50,251 nt of DNA from Rhodospirillales bacterium (lineage in GTDB: Bacteria; Vulcanimicrobiota; Vulcanimicrobiia; Vulcanimicrobiales; Vulcanimicrobiaceae): positions 1 to 50,251 of the forward strand of contig JAYTXC010000067.1 of the NCBI GenBank assembly GCA_043743145.1, written 5' to 3'. A program made the translations under genes and the position numbers. The notes below the pieces were generated by a model. The model saw only the letters and a list, made by a program, of their open reading frames with translations. It was not told the origin of the DNA and did no database searches. This document shows positions 1-10,500 of this stretch, piece by piece; the first letter of the stretch is position 1; the number at the start of each line of letters is the position of its first letter.

Positions 1-807
1 TGAGAGCTCGATTTGAATGCGCGACTCGCTCGTTGCAGCCATAATCGTTACGGGAGTCGTGAAGGGCTCGAAGTGGAATTCTTGCTCGCCGCGGCTTTCA
101 TCGTCGTGGGTCCGCTCTTTGACTTCGAGCGCATACCGGCCGCTCGGAGGCGGTGAGGACAGCGTGTTAAGGCCGATCGTGATCGTCGTGCCGCACACGG
201 CGACGGTGATCGGGAGATTTGCCGGAAGCGCCTGATTGTTGTTGTTGATAACAATCGAGATCTGGCCCGAGTGGGCGTCTTCGTCTTGCTCTTCTTCTTC
301 GGGCGCGTTCGCGTTGAACTGTCCGTTGCCGTTCTGGTCTTCGGCCGAAGCGACGTGAAGCGTCGCCGGAGGACCAGGATTGTAGGTCACGAGCGCTGCC
401 GTCGCTGGGATGGCCGACGCGAGCACGATCGATGCCACGATGGCGTTCGCACCCGTGCCAATCGTTGCGACGACGGTTGCGCCCGCGGGGACCGCTTGCG
501 TAAACGTCAGTTCGGCGAACCCGTTCTTATCGAGTGCGCCCGTCGCGACCGTCGCGCCGTTGTAGGTAACCGTAATGGGCGTGCCTTCGATCGCGAGGTT
601 GTGCCGGAGCGCGTAGACCTGCGATGCGCCGGCGAGCGTGACACCGAGTTTCGTCGCCGACGATTTCGTCGTTGCGGCGGGTGGGTTCGCGGTCGACGAC
701 ACGCCGGGCATGGGGGCGCTACCGCCACCGCCACTGCACGCCGCGAGGCCGAGTGACGCCGTCGCGAGCAAGCCGAGCGTCGTCGTTTGCAGACGAGCAA
801 ATTTCAT
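1..807 (-). CDS. Secreted lipoprotein, paralog A (3' end runs off the window; absent from the ORF track because it is open at the edge)
   Basis: Own codon-by-codon translation of the minus strand from ATG 807..805 gives MKFARLQTTTLGLLATASLGLAACSGGGGSAPMPGV..., a signal peptide plus lipobox LAAC. GGAGA lies 6 nt upstream and the frame stays open to nt 1. The core GTPITVTYNGATVATGALDKNGFAELTFTQAVPAGATVVATIGTGANAIVASIVLASAIPATAALVTYNPGPP is clearly homologous to the next gene. An acidic tract PEEEEQDED follows. Confidence 0.7.
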   Translation of the reverse strand, partial: MKFARLQTTTLGLLATASLGLAACSGGGGSAPMPGVSSTANPPAATTKSSATKLGVTLAGASQVYALRHNLAIEGTPITVTYNGATVATGALDKNGFAELTFTQAVPAGATVVATIGTGANAIVASIVLASAIPATAALVTYNPGPPATLHVASAEDQNGNGQFNANAPEEEEQDEDAHSGQISIVINNNNQALPANLPITVAVCGTTITIGLNTLSSPPPSGRYALEVKERTHDDESRGEQEFHFEPFTTPVTIMAATSESRIQIELS

Positions 808-916
808 GAAAAGTCTCCTAGCTGAGTGAACGTGGGAGTGCGTGTGTCGCGGCTCGTGATGATGTTTTACGATCCGAGCGCGACGAAGAAAATCGATTGG
901 ACACGTAAGAGGAATC

Positions 917-943
917 GGCCACAAGCGACGTGCGCTTGTGGCC
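917..943 (-). terminator. Strong stem-loop between the two paralogous lipoprotein genes (possible terminator or processing site)
   Basis: Perfect 11-bp inverted repeat GGCCACAAGCG / CGCTTGTGGCC with a 5-nt loop, 7 nt after the stop of the 951..1529 gene. On the minus strand it is followed only by a weak U-tract (GAUUCCUCUU). Confidence 0.4.
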
Positions 944-950
944 GATGGGA

Positions 951-1529
951 TCACATCTTCGGCGTGGCGGTCGCCGATGGCGACGGGCTTGGCGACGGGG
1001 ACGCATTGGCGATGTGGTTGCCGTTCTGCGCGTCTTCGTACTCGTCGTCTTCTTCAGCTTCGTTATCCATGTAATGGCCGTCATTTTGGTCGTCGCCGGA
1101 CTTCACGAAGATGGTCGGCGGCGGGCCGGGGTTGTAGATCAATTCCGTTGCGGTCGCGGGGATCGCCGAGGCGAGCTTGATCGATGCGACGATCGCGTTC
1201 GGGGCGCTGCCGATCGTTGCGATAACGGTCGCACCTTCCGGTACGGCCGACGTGAAGTACAATTCGGCAAAACCGTTATGATCGAGCGATCCGGTTGCGA
1301 CGGTGGCGCCGTTATATGTGACAACGATCGGGGTGCCGTACACGTCGAGGGAGTGACGCGACGTGGCGAATGCGGTCGTCTTGCCCATCAGCGTCACGCC
1401 CATACGCGCGGCCGGCGCTTTTGCGGATGCGGACGGTGCGCTCGCACCGCCGCCACTGCACGCGGCGAGCAACGACATGGCGGCAAGCGAACCCATCGCG
1501 GTTATTGAAAAGTTTTTCTTGAACATCAT
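951..1529 (-). CDS. Secreted lipoprotein, paralog B, with acidic and Ser/Pro-rich C-terminal tail
   Basis: ORF track 951..1601. The likely start is ATG ATG at 1529, directly after GGAGA. MMFKKNFSITAMGSLAAMSLLAACSGGG is a signal peptide plus lipobox. The core GTPIVVTYNGATVATGSLDHNGFAELYFTSAVPEGATVIATIGSAPNAIVASIKLASAIPATATELIYNPGPP matches paralog A. The tail reads DNEAEEDDEYED...ASPSPSPSPSATATP. Confidence 0.7.
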   Translation of the reverse strand: MMFKKNFSITAMGSLAAMSLLAACSGGGASAPSASAKAPAARMGVTLMGKTTAFATSRHSLDVYGTPIVVTYNGATVATGSLDHNGFAELYFTSAVPEGATVIATIGSAPNAIVASIKLASAIPATATELIYNPGPPPTIFVKSGDDQNDGHYMDNEAEEDDEYEDAQNGNHIANASPSPSPSPSATATPKM

Positions 1530-1640
1530 GTCTCCGTGGAGAAAGGGAATGAGAGTGCTTCGAAAGCCTACACGACCATCGGCCTGGAAACGCGTTGCCA
1601 TGAGCGTCCCGCGTTGGCTAGCGATAGCTACGCGCGTGAC

Positions 1641-3773
1641 CTAGATCGCGAAGGTCACCACGACGAATGGCTTGCCCGGCACGCCCGAAGGCACGGTGTC
1701 GAGGATCGTGAGGTTCGCCACGCCGCTCGAATCGATCGTAAGCGTGCCAAGCGCGGTCGAGCCGTCCTCGTCGGAAAGCGCGCCCGTTGCGCAGACCAAG
1801 CACGATCCAACGACGCGGACCGCTCGCGCCGCGAGCGACACGTCGATTCGTGAGCGATCCGACGACGGCGACTGCGTCGCAATGACCCGTCGATCGGACC
1901 CGTCGCCTGCAAACGACGTGGCGACCGCGAGGGTTCGTTGCACGATGCCGACCGAGGTCGGAAGGCTTCGCACGATGGTGCCCGAGGATTCGTAACACGG
2001 CGTCGGCTGCGACGAGCCGAAACAGCCTGATACGTCGAGCGGCGCCTTTTGCCGCGCGGTGAACGAGCCCGTGGCGACGACCCGACCGCTCGGCACGTCG
2101 GTAACGACATCGTTCGCAACCGACGACGTCGCCGTGCCGCTCGAGCGAGCGAAGGTATAGTCGAGCGTTTCCCGCGCGATTGGCGCGCCGAGTTGCGTCG
2201 CAAGTGGTCCGTAGGCCTCGATCGTCACGCTCGCGCGGTCGTTGTCGGCATCGCTCGCAACGTGCGTCCACGATCCCGCAGCGAGCAAGCGCGCGGCCCC
2301 GCCCTGCGTCGGATCGAGCGGAAGGCCGTACCCGTTTGGCGCCGCATACCGCCGAAAACCATAGGCATTCGGAGCGCCGGGCACGATGGCGAGCGCGAGA
2401 TTACCGGGCGACGAACACGACGCTCCCGCGTTCTCGACCACGATGAGCGTCGGCGCATTCGCGTTCAACCACTGGTAGCACCAGCCGGTAAAGAGCCCAC
2501 TCGACACCGCCGTGGGTGTCGCGGGCGAGGGGAAACTCGTGGGTATCGCGGCGAGAATCGGATAGAGCCCGCTATCGGTCGCCCACGGTTGCAAGACGCT
2601 GGCCGTCGATCCCGCCGCAAACGCGTCGCGGATTTGCGAGATCGGTGGCGCGATCGCGACTTCGGCTTCGTCCTTGAGATCCTCGAAGGGGCTCGCAGTT
2701 CCCGAGAACGCGAGATTGAGTGTGCCGCCCGAACCCGCGGAGCCACTCGTAAAGCCGCCAACCCCAAAGAACGATCCCGCGCCGCCCGGGGCGGCAATCC
2801 CGACCGCGCCGATCGACGTCGTGAAATCCGTCGTCGCCGGTACGATTGCGCGATACGTACCATTCGCATCGGCGAGTCCGAAAAAGTTGTACGAGCCGGA
2901 CACGCGCGGCGCCGATTTTAGCGTGAAGAGCGCGACGTCACCCGCGCCCGCCGAGCCCGCAAATCCCGCGATGTTTCCGCCGACGGAGAAGCCCGCCGAA
3001 CGCGGCAACGTCATAATTGCCGAAGTCGAGGCGAGTGCGATTGCCGTGGTCGACGTCCGAACCGACACCGTCACCGTATCGAGCGTCGTGCTCGAAACCG
3101 ACGGCGCGGTATAGATCGCCGCGTTCGTTCCCACGATCGGCGCGATCGTCCCCGAAGAGGCGTTCCAAACGACGTTCGCCTGCCCGAGATTTGCGGGTAA
3201 CCCGACGGTATCGACGGGCTCGATGCTCAGGAGCATCGTATCGCCGGAAAAGAGTTCGCTCGCGAGTGGCAGGGTGCGGACTCCCGCGATCGTCGCGCTC
3301 GTTTGTGAGCCGGCGTAGCCAAGGATCGTCGCCACCGTCGCAGGCGTGCCGCGCGCGGGGTCTTGCACTTTGATCGCCGGTTGCGCTTCCGTATCGCGTT
3401 CGAGCGTCGCTTCATGCGCTTGCGCGTACGACGACATCGATGCGGTGAAGTTTCCATTGGCATCGGCAATCTGCGTCGAGCCGTCGGGATACGTCACGAC
3501 AGCGTTCGCGACGGGACCCTTATCCGTGAATCCCGTGGGCAACGCAGCCCCAGCCTGCGAAACGACGATTCCGCGCGTCGAACCGAGCGAGATAAAAAAG
3601 TGCACTTGTGAAGTAAACGGCGGCGCGGTCGATGCCCCCGTCGGCTGTGGACCGGGCCCGGAGCGCGAGCCCACACCACCCGTCGTCGCAGAGGATCCCG
3701 AACACGCGACGAGTGCGCCTGCGACGAGCGCCGCGACCGCAAGGGTTCCAATGGATGTCATCGATCTTTTCAT
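1641..3773 (-). CDS. Large (710 aa) secreted lipoprotein of unknown function with an Ig-like (Big_2-like) segment
   Basis: MKRSMTSIGTLAVAALVAGALVACSGSS is a signal peptide plus lipobox. A Gly/Ser/Thr-rich beta-type composition continues throughout. The segment TLPLASELFSGDTMLLSIEPVDTVGLPANLGQANVVWNASSGTIAPIVGTNAAIYTAPSVSSTTLDTVTVSV resembles bacterial Ig-like group 2 domains. Its ATG overlaps the stop of the upstream regulator (ATGA at 3770-3773). Confidence 0.75.
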   Translation of the reverse strand: MKRSMTSIGTLAVAALVAGALVACSGSSATTGGVGSRSGPGPQPTGASTAPPFTSQVHFFISLGSTRGIVVSQAGAALPTGFTDKGPVANAVVTYPDGSTQIADANGNFTASMSSYAQAHEATLERDTEAQPAIKVQDPARGTPATVATILGYAGSQTSATIAGVRTLPLASELFSGDTMLLSIEPVDTVGLPANLGQANVVWNASSGTIAPIVGTNAAIYTAPSVSSTTLDTVTVSVRTSTTAIALASTSAIMTLPRSAGFSVGGNIAGFAGSAGAGDVALFTLKSAPRVSGSYNFFGLADANGTYRAIVPATTDFTTSIGAVGIAAPGGAGSFFGVGGFTSGSAGSGGTLNLAFSGTASPFEDLKDEAEVAIAPPISQIRDAFAAGSTASVLQPWATDSGLYPILAAIPTSFPSPATPTAVSSGLFTGWCYQWLNANAPTLIVVENAGASCSSPGNLALAIVPGAPNAYGFRRYAAPNGYGLPLDPTQGGAARLLAAGSWTHVASDADNDRASVTIEAYGPLATQLGAPIARETLDYTFARSSGTATSSVANDVVTDVPSGRVVATGSFTARQKAPLDVSGCFGSSQPTPCYESSGTIVRSLPTSVGIVQRTLAVATSFAGDGSDRRVIATQSPSSDRSRIDVSLAARAVRVVGSCLVCATGALSDEDGSTALGTLTIDSSGVANLTILDTVPSGVPGKPFVVVTFAI

Positions 3774-6700
3774 AAAACGCTTTCGAAATACGCCGAAGCG
3801 ACGGAGACGGCCGCCGCGCGATTGTCGACGTTGAGTTTACGTAAGATCCGAGCCACGTGGTTGTTGATCGTGAACGGACTGAGTTTAAGCGCAACCGCGA
3901 TCTCTTTGTTACTTCGACCGCGAGCGATCAATCGCAAGACTTCACGTTCGCGTTCGGAGAGACCGAAGTTCGTCGCTTCGCTTCCACGCGCAACGATGAG
4001 TGAGTAGCGGGCGACGAGTTCCGCGCCGGGCGAAGCCCCGATCGTTTCGAAGAGGCGACGTTTGTACGTGCGAAAGACCAGCCGCGCAGCATCGAACGTA
4101 TCGGATTGCGCGTAGAGTTCCATCAACAACATGATGGTTTCTTCGTCGAGTGGATCGAGTTCGTGCGCGAGCCGCGCGCTCGCGACGGCGACGGAACGAT
4201 CCCCGCTCGCCGCGGCGATCCGAGCGAGGGTTCGATTCGCGTCGACGGCCGCCGTACGCCACTGTGTAACGAAGGGCGCGAGCCATCGCGTGACCGCCCG
4301 ATCCTTGGGCGCGGCCGCGAGGTCGCGCGCAACGGGTGCGAGTAACGTGCATGCTTCGCTCGGAGCGTTGCGGGCGAAGAGCAGCTTTGCGCGACCGAGC
4401 ACCGCGAGCGCGCGTTGCACATCGCTCGGCCCGACGTGTTCGTTGCGCAATCCAATGGCGTTGCTATTGGAGAAGATGTAGTTGCCCGCACCCTCGACAT
4501 CGGGTTCGAGCGCGCGGCGTAAGGCGTGCAGCGTCACGCGGAGCGTCACTTCCGAGCCCGAATCGGCGTCGGGCCAAAGCGCAGCGAGCAACGTCGCTCG
4601 CGGAACGGCCGTCCCAGCGAGCACGAGAAACCGCAACAATTCCGCCGCTTTTTTACGCGTCCAACGCCCGTCGCGCTCCCCGAACGACGCCGCGCCGATC
4701 GTAACGCGAAGTTCGCCGATCACGTCAACGACGAGCGTTTCGACGTCGAGTTTCTGGGGCAGCGACGCGAGCGATCGCGCCGAAATTGCGACGATTTGCT
4801 CGCTATCGCGGAGTAACGCACGCGCGATACGCGATGCGCGTTGCCCATCGAGAGCGGCGAGGAGACGCATCGCCGCGATGCGACCTTCCGCCGAAGCCGT
4901 TGGATCGAGTGCGAGCGTTTCGTACGCATTGCTATCGACTTTACGCGCGCGCAAATACCCTTCGGCGCGCGCGACCGAGACACCGATTCGAAGAGCTCGC
5001 AACAAGACCGTTTGCGCAGCGAGCGGAGCGGCATCGAGCGCGAAGGCTATGCGGCCGTTTTCGATCGCGATTACGATATCGTCGATCTCGCTTCCGCTCT
5101 TCGCATCATCGCGATCGTCGCAAGCCGTACGATGCAATCGCGCGACCATCGCACCGACGCGATCGCCGAGCGCATCGTAGGCGCACCGCGCGGAATCGAA
5201 CGCAATCGCGGCCTGCGCGTTGCCTTCACTCGATTCGATCAATCGCGCGCGTGCGAGCAAAACGTTCGCAGTCATTCCGCGATCGTCGATGAACGTCGCA
5301 CGCGCCTCCGCGCTTTCGAGCGCCGTGCGAACGGCGGCGAAATCCCCGGTTGCAAGCGCGATCTCGACGCGAAGCAGATCGTGTTGAATCCGGATGAGCG
5401 CGTTGCGTTGCTGGATCGAACTGCGCAGGTCCGCATACAGATCGCTCGCGAGTTCGACGTTGGGCGGATCGCATGCGAGCGCGCAGAGCCCTTGGAGGAT
5501 GATCGCGTCGGCGCGTTCGTCCTCGTTGTGCGTGGCACCGAGTCGCTCTTCGGCGTCTTTGGCGAGCGCGAGCGCACGCGGCAGATCTTCGCGCAACATA
5601 TAGTACGCGCGCGCTTGCATGAGCAACGCGAAGCCGACGTGAAAATCGGCACTCCCACGAAAAAACTCTTCCGCGAGTTCCGCGTATTCGAGCGCCTTGT
5701 GCCATTGCCCGCGCCATCCATGCGCGATCGCGATGCCGATGAGGATCGGATCCGTGTGACGTTCTTCGGCAAGCTCGAGACGTTCGGCGATGCCCAAATG
5801 CTCGAAGGCTTCATCGTACGCACATCGCGCCGCAATCGCCATGCCCAAAAGATAATGACCGATGCGACGATAGCCTTGACCGCCGTCGAACTCCGGGGAT
5901 TCTGCAATTGCGAGCGCTTCGCGAAAGAAGCCTTCGCTTGCCGCGAATGTTCCGTGCCCCTGGAGTCGAAAATTTCCCGACGCGACGCCGCGTTCGAGTA
6001 ATGCGATACACGTCGTGCGACGATCGCCGAGCGCGCGCGCGGCTTTATAGCACGACGCGAATTGCTCCGTCGCCGCATCGTACCGACCGATACGCTGGAG
6101 CGCGAGCCCGTGCAGGCGGTAGAGCATGGGCTTCTGCCGCTTAACGTCGTCGGGGACTTGACTGAGCAGATTGAAGAGTTGCGGCAAACGATCCGAATAG
6201 CGAATCGCGACCATCGCCTCGTGCACGTACTCGACGATTTCGAAGAAATCGCCCGCTTCGATGAGTTGGCCGAGCGCTTCGATCGTCTCGCCGCGATTCC
6301 GCAGATATTCCGAATATCGCCTGCGTTTCGCGCGTTCGGCTTCCGGCGCTTCGACGCGCATGCGGCGCAACAGAAACTCGCGAAAGAGCTGATGAAACTG
6401 CCAGCCCATCGCCAACTTCTCGAGATAAACGCCACGCGTTGCGAGGCGCTCGATTGCGGCCGCCGCATCGTCGCGGCCGAGTAACATCGTGGCCGTCGCT
6501 TCGTCGAACGATGCGGGAATCGCAAGTGTCATCAGATCGTCGCGATCGCCCGGCGCGAGATGCGAGACGACTTCTTGCGCGAGAAAATCGAACGCATGAT
6601 CGCGTACGCCCGCGAAGATCGTGTCGAACGACGCTCCGCGAGAAGCGGCGAGCGACGCGCCGAGACGCACGGCAATCGTCCAGCCTTGCGTTTGGGTTGC

Positions 6701-7333
6701 GAGGCGATCTCCGCGCTCGCGATCGCCAACGAGTTCGGCCGCTTCGTCGGCGGTGAAGCGCAGGTCGCGTTCGGCAATCTCGATGAGCCGCCCGGCATTT
6801 CGTAACTTTGAGATTGGGGCGAACGTGAGCGGTCGGCGGGATGCGAATGCCGCATGCACGCGCGGCGGCATCTCGCGGACCAATTCTCCGACGAATGCGA
6901 CCGTTGCGACGTCGTCGAGGACGCTGTGGAGATCGTCGAAGAACACGACCAAATTCTCGGACCGCTCCTCGGTAACGATGTAGAGTTCGTTGACGAGCGC
7001 CCGTGCCACGAGCACGGGGTCGGCGATACCGGCATCGACGAGCCGCTGCGCCGAGTCGCCGAGATCGGGAAGAACCGCATGGAGTGCCGTGCCAAGCCGC
7101 TCCACGAACGCTGAAAGCGAGGCATCGCGCGCGGCGAGCGCGACCCACGCCGTCGTGAACTTGGCAACGCCGAGGCGGCGTTGCCACGCGGACATAACCG
7201 TCGATTTGCCATAGCCGCCACTGCCCACCACGAGCGCCGCCGTGACCATCGGAAGGCGATCGGCGATCGCGTCGAGGCGCGGCCGGTCGAGGAAATAGTC
7301 CGCATCCGGATTGGGCGGCCGGCTGGAGATCAT
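3770..7333 (-). CDS. Large ATP-binding LuxR-family (LAL / MalT-like STAND) regulator with an additional SARP (winged-helix + BTAD) domain
   Basis: ORF track 3770..7450. It has Walker A GSGGYGKST in a MalT-like N-terminus and a long TPR-like helical middle. Then comes a SARP-type module (VIGELRVTIG...LLAALWPDADSG...LHALRRALEPD...YAQSDTFDAARLVFRTYKRRL), followed by a terminal LuxR HTH (LSEREREVLRLIARGRSNKEIAVALKLSPFTINNHVARILRKL). The start is placed at ATG 7333 (GGAGAA 9 nt upstream); the ORF-track start at 7450 remains possible. Confidence 0.85.
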   Translation of the reverse strand: MISSRPPNPDADYFLDRPRLDAIADRLPMVTAALVVGSGGYGKSTVMSAWQRRLGVAKFTTAWVALAARDASLSAFVERLGTALHAVLPDLGDSAQRLVDAGIADPVLVARALVNELYIVTEERSENLVVFFDDLHSVLDDVATVAFVGELVREMPPRVHAAFASRRPLTFAPISKLRNAGRLIEIAERDLRFTADEAAELVGDRERGDRLATQTQGWTIAVRLGASLAASRGASFDTIFAGVRDHAFDFLAQEVVSHLAPGDRDDLMTLAIPASFDEATATMLLGRDDAAAAIERLATRGVYLEKLAMGWQFHQLFREFLLRRMRVEAPEAERAKRRRYSEYLRNRGETIEALGQLIEAGDFFEIVEYVHEAMVAIRYSDRLPQLFNLLSQVPDDVKRQKPMLYRLHGLALQRIGRYDAATEQFASCYKAARALGDRRTTCIALLERGVASGNFRLQGHGTFAASEGFFREALAIAESPEFDGGQGYRRIGHYLLGMAIAARCAYDEAFEHLGIAERLELAEERHTDPILIGIAIAHGWRGQWHKALEYAELAEEFFRGSADFHVGFALLMQARAYYMLREDLPRALALAKDAEERLGATHNEDERADAIILQGLCALACDPPNVELASDLYADLRSSIQQRNALIRIQHDLLRVEIALATGDFAAVRTALESAEARATFIDDRGMTANVLLARARLIESSEGNAQAAIAFDSARCAYDALGDRVGAMVARLHRTACDDRDDAKSGSEIDDIVIAIENGRIAFALDAAPLAAQTVLLRALRIGVSVARAEGYLRARKVDSNAYETLALDPTASAEGRIAAMRLLAALDGQRASRIARALLRDSEQIVAISARSLASLPQKLDVETLVVDVIGELRVTIGAASFGERDGRWTRKKAAELLRFLVLAGTAVPRATLLAALWPDADSGSEVTLRVTLHALRRALEPDVEGAGNYIFSNSNAIGLRNEHVGPSDVQRALAVLGRAKLLFARNAPSEACTLLAPVARDLAAAPKDRAVTRWLAPFVTQWRTAAVDANRTLARIAAASGDRSVAVASARLAHELDPLDEETIMLLMELYAQSDTFDAARLVFRTYKRRLFETIGASPGAELVARYSLIVARGSEATNFGLSEREREVLRLIARGRSNKEIAVALKLSPFTINNHVARILRKLNVDNRAAAVSVASAYFESVL

Positions 7334-7526
7334 GGCACGCTCTTCTCCGCCCGATTGAGACCTACCACCGTGCGGGCCCATACGCTCGAACACGCTTCCC
7401 GCGCGAGACATGCGACCGCCGGGCGGCGTTCGGGCTGCTAGGGCAAACATGCCCCAACTATGACGGGCCCGGCGACCGAAGGCGCGTTGCCTCGAGCGCG
7501 TGCGTTTAGGGAGTGCTAACTAACGC

Positions 7527-10500
7527 CTAGAGTTTGATTTCTAAATTGAGCGCCGCTTGGATCGGCAGCGTCGTGCCGACAAAGCCCGTGTTGAGATTGT
7601 TATTGAACACCCCGTACGGATACTTGAACTGGACCGGCGTGCCCGCAAGGGGGATAAAGTTGCCCGACGGCCCCAGCCCATTTCCACCCGACGGCAACTG
7701 CGAGTAGACGCAGATGCGCTTGTCGTCCCACGCATACCCGCGCTGGAAACACGTATCGACGAGGCCCGTGAGCGCGAGTGAGATCTTGACGTTCTTCGCC
7801 GCTTCGTACGACGCCGCAACGTTGAACGTGAGCCGCGATGGCTGATCGAAGGCACCGATCGTGTCGAACTTTCCCGTGAACGCATCGGGAATGAGCAAGA
7901 ACGAATTGCCGGAGAGCGCCGATCCACCGCACGATTTGGGGTCTGCCGCAAACGAGCCGTTCGCGGCCGCGATGCCCGTCGACGTGCAGCCATTCGGCGC
8001 GTAGCCCGGATACGATAGCGGTGAACCATACTTCGCACCCGAGCTATACGTGAGGCTCGGCGTGATCGTCGCACGTTTGTGCTTATAGCTTACGATGAGC
8101 GACGCGACGTGCGGCGTCTCGTAGCCATTCTCTCCCGTGAACGCTTGCGGGATCTGATCGTAGGTCGTGTACTGGGCGCTTCGATCCATCAGCGGTTGCA
8201 CGGCAGCACCGAAATACGGGTTGCGCACTTGCACGCTCGTCGTATCCGTGGAGGCAAACGTCGCTGCCGCATTGGGATTGGTCGCGCCCGGTGCGAGCCC
8301 GCAGAGTGCGGCGTTGGCTTTCGTAATCGTCGCACACGCCGACGTGTACGAGTTGTACTCTTGGATGTATTGGTTGAGCCCGTCGATCACGTTCGTGCCT
8401 GAGGGGAAGTCGTTATACCGGATGCGGCTGCGTGTGTAGGTGTACGCGAGTTGCGACGCCAGACCGTCGCGACCGAATTCGCCTTTCTTGATAGCAAGTT
8501 CGAGACCGCTCGAAGTTTGCTGGCCGACATTGAATCCCGCGACCACGCCGCCCACCCCGATCGGCACCGGCTGCAATTGATTGCGCGTGCTGCGGTAGAA
8601 CGGCGTAAGTTTGAACGAAATATCCGTACCGTGCAAATGTTTCTCGAGTGAGAAGTCCGCGTTATACGACGTGTCGGGTCGCAGATTGTGGATCGGCGTG
8701 TTGTAGCCGAGCGTGAGGAAGTTCGCGCCGAGGAAGCTCGCGAGATCGGAGTTGACCGCGTCGTATTGGACCCACGACGTGTTGACCGGCCGTGCGTACA
8801 CGCCGAACGAACCGCGCAACACCGTATCGCTATCGATTGCATACGTGGCACCGAAACGCGGCTGAAAGATCGTTGCGGAGATATTTTTGGCCGTCGTGTT
8901 GCGCAGGTTGGCTTGGCGATAGCCCGGCCCGAGTTTCGCACACGATGCGTCGGTCGCACCGGGGCCGATGTTGACGGGCGCGAGGCCGCCCAGCCGATAG
9001 CAATTCTCGTTGTTGTATGCATTGAACCAGAACGCACGTGCGGCATCGCCCGTCGTATCGGAGAGCCGGTCGTTGTAATTCTCCACGCGCGCGCCGAGCG
9101 TGATCGTGAGTTTGTCGTTGGGCCGGAACTGATCGGTAATCGCGCCTGCGGTAAACGCGGGCGCGACTTTATTGAGCCGCGTGTTGCGGAATCCGGCATC
9201 GGTCGCGAGCCACTGCGCGGTCGTCGTCGTGCCGTCGGGAGCGGTCACCGTCGCGCTACCCGTCGGCAGAGTATATGCGGGATCGGCGGGCGACCCCGGC
9301 GCGTTGCCCGGAAATTTACCGCGCGCGCCGTCGTTGAAGCAACTGGCAACGGCAGCCGTCGCGGGATCGTAACAATTCCCGCGCGCGTCGACGAGATTCG
9401 TGAACGAATATCCCGGCGTATTGCCAGGGAAGGACGACGAAAACGTGCGGCGCACCTGGGCCGCGGTGAAGGAGCCCGTGAGCGAAAGCAGATGTTTACT
9501 CGAGAGTTGGTTCGAGTAGTTTGCGTTAAAACCGAACGTGTGGCTCGGCAGCTCGTAGTCGTTGAGCTCACCGCTGTAATAATTCGTGAATTGGGCGTTC
9601 GCCGGTCCGCCGATGAACCAATTCGAGTATTCGGTGTACCCGTAGAGACGCAAGTATGATGACGAGCTAAAATTACGTTGGTACTGTAGTTTCGTCAACG
9701 CGACGCCGTTATCGGAATAATCGCGATCGTTATTCGGCGCGTTCGCTCCGAACGCGCGATAGCCCGGCCGATAGTTCTGCTGGTAGACCATCCGAACGTT
9801 GGTCGGATCGACGGGTGCGTATATCGCGCCCGTATACGTATACCCATCGTGGAAGAACGCGTTCCCGTTGTTGCCGACGGCCTGCGCGACGTTGGCCGGG
9901 CCACCCTGATCGTTGATGCTGCTGAAATATTTGGCGACGACTTCGCTCGTAAGATAGAGCAATTGGATATCGTCTTTTCCACCGTCGCCGTGATGTGGAA
10001 TACCGAGGTGCAGGTTGACGACGTTCTCGCGATCGGTCGTCGTTGCGATCGAATACGTGGTGCCCGGCGCGTAGTTGATCGTTCCCGCCGTGCCGTCGTA
10101 AAGATTGAAGCGGCCCGGAATATACACCGGGTAGAAAAGTTGCGGATCGCTCGCGCCATTGAATTGATCGGCGTAGCGATAATCGTTGTTCACGCCCGCG
10201 AGGCCGACGTAATACGAAAAGAGTCGATTCTTCGTGGCGCCGCCCGCTTCGAAAGAAAACTTGTGGTAGAAGCTCGGACCGCCGACGCCGATGTTCGCTT
10301 GTGCGAAGCCGGGATACGTGCCCGTGCGGATCACCTGATTGACGTATCCCGCGATCCCCGAGGCGTCGGCGGTTGCGGGCGTGCCGCCCGTGTAGACTTG
10401 CAGCTCTTGCTGACCGATGCTCGAGAGCACGGTTTGCGGCGCGTTATCGTACACGCGATTAACCGGGATGCCATCGAGTTCGTAGCCGACCTGGTCGATA

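Noticed and set aside
3770-7450. The STAND NTPase as an antiviral Avs/NLR-like defence protein.
   Set aside because: The N-terminus is MalT-like, not an effector such as a nuclease or protease. The C-terminus carries SARP and LuxR DNA-binding domains. The gene is translationally coupled to lipoprotein genes. All of this fits a transcription factor (LAL family) rather than a defence sensor.
7334-7526. Terminator or riboswitch-like structure between the barrel gene and the regulator.
   Set aside because: Only short GC-rich self-complementary tetramers (CGCG, CCGC/GCGG) were found, which are expected by chance at this GC content. There is no U-tract and no recognisable conserved riboswitch core.
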